A DNA stretch of 50,430 bases, taken from Candidatus Micrarchaeota archaeon (GTDB taxonomy: Archaea > Micrarchaeota > Micrarchaeia > Micrarchaeales > CABMGC01). The notes beneath the pieces were generated by a model. That model had not been told where the DNA came from, did no database searches, and worked only from the letters and a program-made list of their open reading frames with translations. The position numbers and the translations under genes are program-made. Below, one piece after another: positions 44,410-50,430 of the stretch. Every line of letters begins with the position of its first letter. The stretch's first letter is position 1. The stretch spans positions 1-50,430 of the forward strand of contig JAJZJB010000002.1 in the NCBI GenBank assembly GCA_021810375.1, read 5' to 3'.

Positions 44410-45843
44410 TTAGACCGGGTTAGGCTTGAACCTCTCCTTTACCTCGGCCATTTCCCCATTTATCAGCTTCTTCCATTCAGAGAATTCGCTTATGCGCGGG
44501 TACTTTGAGTAGAGCTCGTTCATTCTCTTCATTTTCTGCACAGTAAAGAGCAGGTTCTTGAATGCGTTTATGTTGCCTATTCCGCTAAGCACCTTGTTGA
44601 ACGTGCCGGCTATGCCTATCTTTGGTATCCTGCCATAGCTTATATCCTCGGCTTCCTTCTTTGTCAGGAAATGGCTCATGCCGTAGTTGATCAGGTCGTT
44701 ATTGAGTGACTGCAGGTATATCCTGAATGCCTCTAACGCAGCGGTCTTGTTTCCGTACAGGTTGTTGTACTTCACGTTGTACTCCCATATCCTCTCCAGG
44801 CTCGTATCTTTTGCAGCGACGGCGTCTCCGGCAACCTCACCAGCAAGCACACCTGCAACCATGGCAGGGCCTATGCCGCCTGCACTTATAGGGTTAGGCA
44901 TTGCCATGCTGTCTCCCGCACCCATGTATCCTGGAAAGACCAGGCTGTCGAACTGCCTCTTCACAGTAACGGACCAGTAGCCCTTGCCGTTGCCGTCAGC
45001 AGGATCGATTTCGTAGCTCTTTATATTAGGATTCCATTTTATATACTCGTCAATCAGTGAATGCAGTGTATCTTTCTTTGAGAGCCTCTCGTTCCTTATC
45101 TCAAGGCTCTTCTTCTCCACCCCAACCCCGACGTTTATCCTGCCGCCAGTCTTTGGGAATACCCATCCATAGCCCCCAGGAGCAAGTATCTGGTTGAGGT
45201 GTATTAGTGCATTCTTCGGGTCATAGTAATTGATATCGCTGCCGTCGCGCTCGAATTTCATTATGTACCTTCCGGTAGATTCTATGTCGTCGGTGCTTAC
45301 CGTATTCTCTATATACTCATTAGGAGGCAGCTTCCTCCGCAGTGTGCTTGCTATGCCAAGGGTGTCTATGACAAGCTTCGAGCCTATCTTTACCTGCTCG
45401 CCCTTCTCGTTCCTGCCATAAATTCCTATTACCTTGTTGCTCTCTATTATCGGGCCTTCAACCTCGTAGTGGGTCCGGTATTCAGCTCCTGCCTTGACCG
45501 CCATCTCTGCAAAGAACTTGGCCGCTTTTGGCCTGTCCAAGCTGAATCCCTCACCTTCAAACGGGAACTTGTTTTGCATGTCAGGGCTTAGCACCTGCAC
45601 GCCGTCTACCCGAAGGTCAAGCACAGGGCTGCTGAGCTTTATGTTCAGCTCTTTCTCTATGAAATCAATATGGCTCTTTGCAACAGCATCTCCGCAGACC
45701 CAGCCCCAGTTGGTCTTCTTTCCCACCTGTGTGCTGTCATTCCTGTCCAGCATGAGCACCTTGGCGCCCTTCTGCGCTGCGGCTGTTGCTGCAAGGGCCC
45801 CGGCCATGCCTGCCCCTGCGACTATAATATCGAATTCTTCCAA
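44410..45843 (-). CDS. Geranylgeranyl reductase family FAD-dependent oxidoreductase
   Basis: FDIIVAGAGMAGALAA (the GxGxxG motif), CGDAV, PGGYGWVFPK and GAGDSMAMPNPISAGGIG. It has a C-terminal extension relative to typical members of about 400 aa. Confidence 0.85.
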   Translation of the reverse strand: MEEFDIIVAGAGMAGALAATAAAQKGAKVLMLDRNDSTQVGKKTNWGWVCGDAVAKSHIDFIEKELNIKLSSPVLDLRVDGVQVLSPDMQNKFPFEGEGFSLDRPKAAKFFAEMAVKAGAEYRTHYEVEGPIIESNKVIGIYGRNEKGEQVKIGSKLVIDTLGIASTLRRKLPPNEYIENTVSTDDIESTGRYIMKFERDGSDINYYDPKNALIHLNQILAPGGYGWVFPKTGGRINVGVGVEKKSLEIRNERLSKKDTLHSLIDEYIKWNPNIKSYEIDPADGNGKGYWSVTVKRQFDSLVFPGYMGAGDSMAMPNPISAGGIGPAMVAGVLAGEVAGDAVAAKDTSLERIWEYNVKYNNLYGNKTAALEAFRIYLQSLNNDLINYGMSHFLTKKEAEDISYGRIPKIGIAGTFNKVLSGIGNINAFKNLLFTVQKMKRMNELYSKYPRISEFSEWKKLINGEMAEVKERFKPNPV

Positions 45844-45870
45844 GAGTTCACCTGATGCTTATTCCTCAGA

Positions 45871-46038
45871 TTACTTTATTACCACTATAGGTATGACCCC
45901 CTCACTGAACTCCACTTCGGCTAACGCCAGTGGGTCTGAGATGCCTTCCGGAATCTTTATCAGTGGCGGTGCGCCATATGCTAGCTGCAAAGCTCGGGCG
46001 CCTATTATTCTGGCTTTCTCATATCTCGTATATTCCAT
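45871..46038 (-). CDS. rpoK: DNA-directed RNA polymerase subunit K (Rpo6/omega-like), 55 aa
   Basis: [55 protein letters not shown] closely matches the archaeal RpoK pattern ([22 protein letters not shown]...EF..G.IPI.VIR). Confidence 0.88.
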   Translation of the reverse strand: MEYTRYEKARIIGARALQLAYGAPPLIKIPEGISDPLALAEVEFSEGVIPIVVIK

Positions 46039-46180
46039 CAAAACACGAAGCGAGACTATCCTTAAGCGATAGGTCAATACACTTATGCGAGCATAAGATT
46101 TTAAGCCTTTCGCGGATCCTTTCCAGGAGTGCGTCCAAGTAACTATGCTTATAAGGCATGAATGCCATTGTACTAGCATG

Positions 46181-47047
46181 TCAATAACAGACATATTTGG
46201 AGAGAGCTTTGACACCATATGGAAGTATCCCAAGGCAATACTCCCATACCTTGTTATGGAGCTGGTAATCTCTCTGCTTGTAATAATTGCCGTTTTCGAG
46301 CTTGCCGGCATGGCAGTGGCCACAGGTATAATCTCAGCAAGCTTCTGGGCCCTCATAATAGGCATTATAGCAATGTCATTCGTCATAGGCATGTTCATAA
46401 CGCCCCTGTTTTATGGCGTATATACAAACATAGAAGTGCAGAAACTTAAAAAGAAGAGATTCTCTCTGCGCGCAGCATACAACTCGACAAAGGCAAGGTA
46501 TGGCACGCTTTTCTGGGCCGGGCTCGCCAATCTTGCGATATATCTTGTGATTGTCATAGTATTTGCAGGCCTGCTGTTAGGCTATATAGGGGCAAACGGG
46601 CCTGTGCTGGCTGCGCTTGGTGCTGTACATGCAGGAACTGCGCACACGTCAGCACTGAGGCCTTTGGCCACGTTAGCCGGCTTCTTACTGCTCTGGGCAA
46701 TGCTGCTTATTCTCTGCACTGGCATTGCTGCCGTATTCCTTTTCCAGTATGTGCCAATTGCAATATTAGAGGGGCGTGGCGCTTTGGATTCCATAAAGAG
46801 GAGTTTCGAGGTAGGCAGGAAGAACTTCTGGAGCATACTGGGGGCGCTTGTGATATACATGATCATTGTACTGCTGGTCTATTTCGTTGTGGGGATAATA
46901 AGCACACCTTTCGACCTTGCCAGCAGGACAGTCGGGAGCCTGGTCCAGATATTGATCTCTTCTGTTGTCGGTAGTTTTGTCTATCCGTGGTATATTATGA
47001 TCATGACCTCATTCTACAATAGCTACGTCAGGAAGATAGCCCAGTAG
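46181..47047 (+). CDS. Polytopic membrane protein, function unknown
   Basis: About 6 TM segments. The start is taken as [11 protein letters not shown] to avoid overlap with the rpoK promoter side. Confidence 0.5.
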   Translation, partial: SITDIFGESFDTIWKYPKAILPYLVMELVISLLVIIAVFELAGMAVATGIISASFWALIIGIIAMSFVIGMFITPLFYGVYTNIEVQKLKKKRFSLRAAYNSTKARYGTLFWAGLANLAIYLVIVIVFAGLLLGYIGANGPVLAALGAVHAGTAHTSALRPLATLAGFLLLWAMLLILCTGIAAVFLFQYVPIAILEGRGALDSIKRSFEVGRKNFWSILGALVIYMIIVLLVYFVVGIISTPFDLASRTVGSLVQILISSVVGSFVYPWYIMIMTSFYNSYVRKIAQ

Positions 47048-48494
47048 GCCGTGACGCGCCTGCGCGGGAGAGCTCGCGTACTGTTTCAGCCATATCTTTT
47101 GCAAGATCGCATCTCTCGCCAGGATCCTCGGCTGTGTTGTAGAGCTCGGCCTTTCTGCCGTTCCTGTAGTGTATGAGCTTGTAATCGCCTTTGTAGACCG
47201 CAGTGGCAAATGTATTCTGCCTGAGCTTGGCCCTATAAATCGCATCTGCGCTGCTTGACCTTCCCTTTATGAGTTTAAGCAGATACGTATCCCACACCTC
47301 GGTTATGCCGGTGTGGTCCGAGAATACATACGGTTCCCTTCTCACCGAACCGTCGACCACATCAGTCTTGCCGAACCCTATATCGAGTATTGTATCATGC
47401 AGCGCGGTTATGCTCACCGGTTCATGTATCCTCTCGCGGGTGTTGACTTGCCTGCCGTTCTCGAATTTCGCGGCTATTAGCGGCACCCGTACTATCTCGT
47501 TGTATGGAAACATGTTATGGTACATCTGGCCGTGCTCAAGGAAGCCCTGGCCATGGTCTCCGGCGAATATAATTACCGCGTTGTCTAGCAGTCCGTCCGT
47601 CTTCAGGTTTCTCATCAGGTTTCCCAACTGCCTGTCCAGGTACTCCATGCGCCTGTCCCTCGCCAACTTTATGAGACCAATGCTATCGCGAGGGTCGAGA
47701 ATGCCTGAGAGGTAGAGCCACTTATCCTGTTCCACATAGTCATTAGAGACCATATTCGTAGGGTATCCCTCGTGTGCCTCCATATAGTTTATGAAAAGGA
47801 AATTGCCGCCGCTTGGCAGGCCTTTCGAGTAGTTGTGTACGAGCCTGTTGGTAGGGCTTGCGCCCTGGTCCAGGCAGTAGTACATCGATTCCTGTGCATA
47901 CTCCCTGTTCAGCTTGTCCCTAAGGCGCAGGTAGAGCCTATCCAGGCTGTTACGGGGTATGAATCTGCTGACCAGATACGACAACTCTAGGATCCTGTTA
48001 CGGAAAAGATCGCTCCCGACTAGCCTGAGTGGCGCCCTTATCTTCATCTTCTTCATCTTCTGCGAGGCTATAGCCACGCTGTCCGTATAGGAGAGGTATG
48101 AGAACCCTTCAGCTATTCCAGTATATCTGGTCACAAGGGGGTTGTTTGAGAAGAGCGCGGTGCTGTACCCAAGATAGTTGAGCTTCTTTGCCAGTGTCAT
48201 CTCGCCTGGTTTTATTAGCCTGGACTTTACCAGGAACGGGTCGATGTGCTCGTCTGGATTCTTCATTTTGTCCTTCATCAGTTCCCTGATATGGGCAACC
48301 CTCCTTCCGGTGAAGAGGGACACGTGCGAAGATGCTGTGTACGTGCCTGGAGACACGGCATTCTCGTAGACGGCAGAGCGCTTGCTTAGCCTGTCGATGT
48401 TCGGCAGGTCAAGGTTGCTGCCATATGCGCCGAAATAGTCAGCGCGTGCCGTGTCGAGCATGATGAAGATTATGTTGGGCCGAGAGGAAGGCAT
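47028..48494 (-). CDS. Sulfatase-like hydrolase/transferase (alkaline phosphatase superfamily)
   Basis: NIIFIMLDTARADYFG is the metal site and IIFAGDHGQ is also present. The nucleophile region reads SPGTYTASSH rather than the C/S-x-P-x-R of formylglycine sulfatases. Confidence 0.75.
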   Translation of the reverse strand: MPSSRPNIIFIMLDTARADYFGAYGSNLDLPNIDRLSKRSAVYENAVSPGTYTASSHVSLFTGRRVAHIRELMKDKMKNPDEHIDPFLVKSRLIKPGEMTLAKKLNYLGYSTALFSNNPLVTRYTGIAEGFSYLSYTDSVAIASQKMKKMKIRAPLRLVGSDLFRNRILELSYLVSRFIPRNSLDRLYLRLRDKLNREYAQESMYYCLDQGASPTNRLVHNYSKGLPSGGNFLFINYMEAHEGYPTNMVSNDYVEQDKWLYLSGILDPRDSIGLIKLARDRRMEYLDRQLGNLMRNLKTDGLLDNAVIIFAGDHGQGFLEHGQMYHNMFPYNEIVRVPLIAAKFENGRQVNTRERIHEPVSITALHDTILDIGFGKTDVVDGSVRREPYVFSDHTGITEVWDTYLLKLIKGRSSSADAIYRAKLRQNTFATAVYKGDYKLIHYRNGRKAELYNTAEDPGERCDLAKDMAETVRELSRAGASRPTGLSS

Positions 48495-48588
48495 GCTCTA
48501 TCCCTTGCGTCAGAACTATTAATAGCTTTCCGGGCATTTCGCTTTTCATCAAATGTCGGTTTTCTTGTTTCGCTTTCTGCATTTAACG

Positions 48589-49296
48589 TCAGCGGACCGG
48601 CGAATAATCCTTGTGCGACTCTTTCAGCAGATGAAACTTGAGGAAATTGGTCACGTAGAACCAGAAATACTTCTTCATTCCCCATTTCTTCACGCGCCTT
48701 ATGCTTGTCTGCACTATGGCATTGTTGCTGAAGACCATTTTGCCTTGCCTCTTGAGCCTATTCGAGAGCTCCCAGTCCTCGTATGATATCATCGAGTCTT
48801 TGAATCCGTGCACCTTCTCGAATGCACTCTTCCTGACTGCGAAGTTAGAGCCAACGAAAGCCGGCCTTCTGAGCAGCATGCTGAATTTTACGAAGTATAT
48901 GGAAACAAGCCTGTAGCCGCGCATGTATTTCCAGCCTGCCTTCTCGAACGGGTATATAGGCCCGGTGGCGGCAACAACGCCACTGTCATCCATTATATCC
49001 TTGTATGTCCTGAGCAGGTTCTTCGAAGGGACGGTATCTGCGTCAAGGAATAAGAGTATGCTGCCCTTTGCTATCCTTGCTCCTGCATTTCTCGCCCTGC
49101 CCGCGCCTTGTTTTTTTAGGAGTATTACGCGGGCGCTGGCTTTGGCCAGTTCACGCGTGCGATCCGCACTTCCGCCATCTACCACAATTGTCTCAAAATT
49201 CCTGAATGTCTGTTTCCTTAATCCATCAAGTGCGTTCCTTATGTACTTTTCTTCATTCAGTGCCGGTATGATTACGCTTATTTCTACATCCATCAT
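48589..49296 (-). CDS. Family 2 glycosyltransferase
   Basis: ISVIIPALNEEKYI, VVDGGSADRT and FLDADT match the GT-A DxD pattern. Confidence 0.85.
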   Translation of the reverse strand: MMDVEISVIIPALNEEKYIRNALDGLRKQTFRNFETIVVDGGSADRTRELAKASARVILLKKQGAGRARNAGARIAKGSILLFLDADTVPSKNLLRTYKDIMDDSGVVAATGPIYPFEKAGWKYMRGYRLVSIYFVKFSMLLRRPAFVGSNFAVRKSAFEKVHGFKDSMISYEDWELSNRLKRQGKMVFSNNAIVQTSIRRVKKWGMKKYFWFYVTNFLKFHLLKESHKDYSPVR

Positions 49297-49332
49297 ATGA
49301 ATAACCAGCGTCGGCTATAAAAAATAGACGTC

Positions 49333-50046
49333 TCAGCGTACAATCTCGTAATCCGACCGGACCTTATGCGTAAACTGGTACAGCATTGCGTTGCTCACGT
49401 GCCAGGAAAAGTATTTCAAGGCGCCCCATTTCTTCACACGGCGCACGCTCGTATATGCTACTGCATTATCAACGAACATGACATTGCCTATACGGCCAAG
49501 CCTATGCGCCAGGTCCCAGTCGTAGTATGTAGGGAGTTCCTCGTCCATGCCGCCCACCTTGGCATATGCCTTTCTGGTAGTCATGAAATTAGATCCTATG
49601 ATTGACGGCTTTCCCATTGCCCTTAGAAGCTTGACTACGTATACCGAGACTATCTTGAATCCGATACGCGTGCCCCATGTAGTCCGTTCCAGCGGCTTTA
49701 TTGGGCCTGTTGCTGCGACGATGTCGTTCTTTCTAAATGCCTCGTCATATGCGAAGAGCATTTTTCTTGAAACTGATGTGTCTGCGTCTATGAACATGAG
49801 GAGATCGCCCCTGGCCATCTTAGCTGCAGTGTTGAATGCGTATGTGGGGCCTTTTTTTGTGCATTCGCATATCCTAACGCCCTTGTATGTATGCCTTGCG
49901 ATATCCACGGTGTTATCTGTGCTCATGCTGTCCGCTATTATGACCTCCATATCGCTGAATTTCTGGTTCTTGAGGCTCTGCAGCGTCCTCCCTATGTAGC
50001 GACCCTCGTTTAATGTTGGTATAATTACGCTTATCCTTACCATCAT
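49333..50046 (-). CDS. Family 2 glycosyltransferase (tandem paralog of 48589-49296)
   Basis: ISVIIPTLNEGRYI, IADSMSTDNT and FIDADT. It is collinear with its neighbour to the C-terminal RRVKKWG...VR. Confidence 0.85.
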   Translation of the reverse strand: MMVRISVIIPTLNEGRYIGRTLQSLKNQKFSDMEVIIADSMSTDNTVDIARHTYKGVRICECTKKGPTYAFNTAAKMARGDLLMFIDADTSVSRKMLFAYDEAFRKNDIVAATGPIKPLERTTWGTRIGFKIVSVYVVKLLRAMGKPSIIGSNFMTTRKAYAKVGGMDEELPTYYDWDLAHRLGRIGNVMFVDNAVAYTSVRRVKKWGALKYFSWHVSNAMLYQFTHKVRSDYEIVR

Positions 50047-50119
50047 GCCATCTTCAGGGACTGGTATGTGATACCCTCCCCAATAAAGGTATAAAAAGAT
50101 GTCTCTCGAGAGTTATGGC

Positions 50120-50430
50120 ATGGAGGACAGCAAGAGCATCAGCCCCGCAGTAGCTATGGCGGTGGGGCTGGGCGCAATAATAGGAGCCGGGATCTTCGTA
50201 CTAAGTGGAACAGCGCTCGCGCTCGCAGGTTCTCTTGCTCTTCTCGCCTTCATACTTGTAGGCATAGTCGCCCTGCTCGTCGCTTTCGAGATAGGGGAGT
50301 TGGGCTCCATTATGCCGCATGCGAAAGGCGCCGCATACTCATACGTATTCAGCGCGTTCGGGAGCGAACTGGGCTTCATAACAGGCATACTGCTCTACTT
50401 CAGCTTCGCTACTGCCATACCTGTGGTTGC
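50120..50430 (+). CDS. N-terminal part of an APC-superfamily amino acid/polyamine permease; it continues right of the window
   Basis: Hand translation gives MEDSKSISPAVAMAVGLGAIIGAGIFVLSGTALALAGS..., a typical APC TM1 GxG motif. The frame is open to the window end. Confidence 0.7.
   Translation, partial: MEDSKSISPAVAMAVGLGAIIGAGIFVLSGTALALAGSLALLAFILVGIVALLVAFEIGELGSIMPHAKGAAYSYVFSAFGSELGFITGILLYFSFATAIPVV

Noticed and set aside
45494-46072. 192-aa plus-strand ORF overlapping the geranylgeranyl reductase N-terminus and rpoK
   Set aside because: It is a Ser/Ala/Pro-rich shadow frame opposite two well-supported minus-strand genes.
1-50430. Search for an integrase, transposase, IS element, rRNA or prophage genes
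   Set aside because: No ORF showed tyrosine/serine recombinase, DDE transposase or capsid/terminase-like motifs on reading. The only mobility-like trace is the truncated P-loop fragment at 33752-34105.

Overview
The window reads as archaeal chromosome at roughly 46% GC by eye. Supporting markers are archaeal uS13/uS4/uS11, uL30/uL15, two-subunit PheRS, the RFC large subunit, RpoK, a geranylgeranyl reductase, class III (pilin-type) signal peptides and BHB-type tRNA introns. The gene content (Cu and Hg resistance, trehalose synthesis) and the broken-up ribosomal-protein operons suggest a small-genome acidophile of Micrarchaeota/ARMAN or Thermoplasmata type; that placement is inference only. I call about 55 CDS and 5 tRNAs (Asn-GTT, Ser-GGA, Gly-TCC, Glu-CTC, Thr-TGT). 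No rRNA, CRISPR array, transposase or integrase was recognised. The signals most worth a second look are: (1) the left 12 kb is cut into cassette-like units by seven same-orientation copies of a hairpin-containing repeat, and the last copy runs into the 3' end of tRNA-Asn; the cop operon is one such unit, flanked by direct repeats with a 28-nt perfect core. (2) tRNA-Ser carries two bulge-helix-bulge introns, one at the non-canonical 59/60 position. (3) A mer cluster between tRNA-Glu and tRNA-Thr has a MerT-like vicinal-Cys membrane protein, a membrane-anchored thioredoxin-fold CxxC protein, a merA with no canonical start codon, and a GC-rich P-loop gene fragment beside it. (4) A 319-aa protein is built from four modules that resemble the N-terminal domain of ribosomal stalk protein aP1. 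(5) Three small genes below the ORF-track size cutoff were found: two in the cop operon, plus rpoK. All homology statements come from motif recognition by eye; no database search was run.
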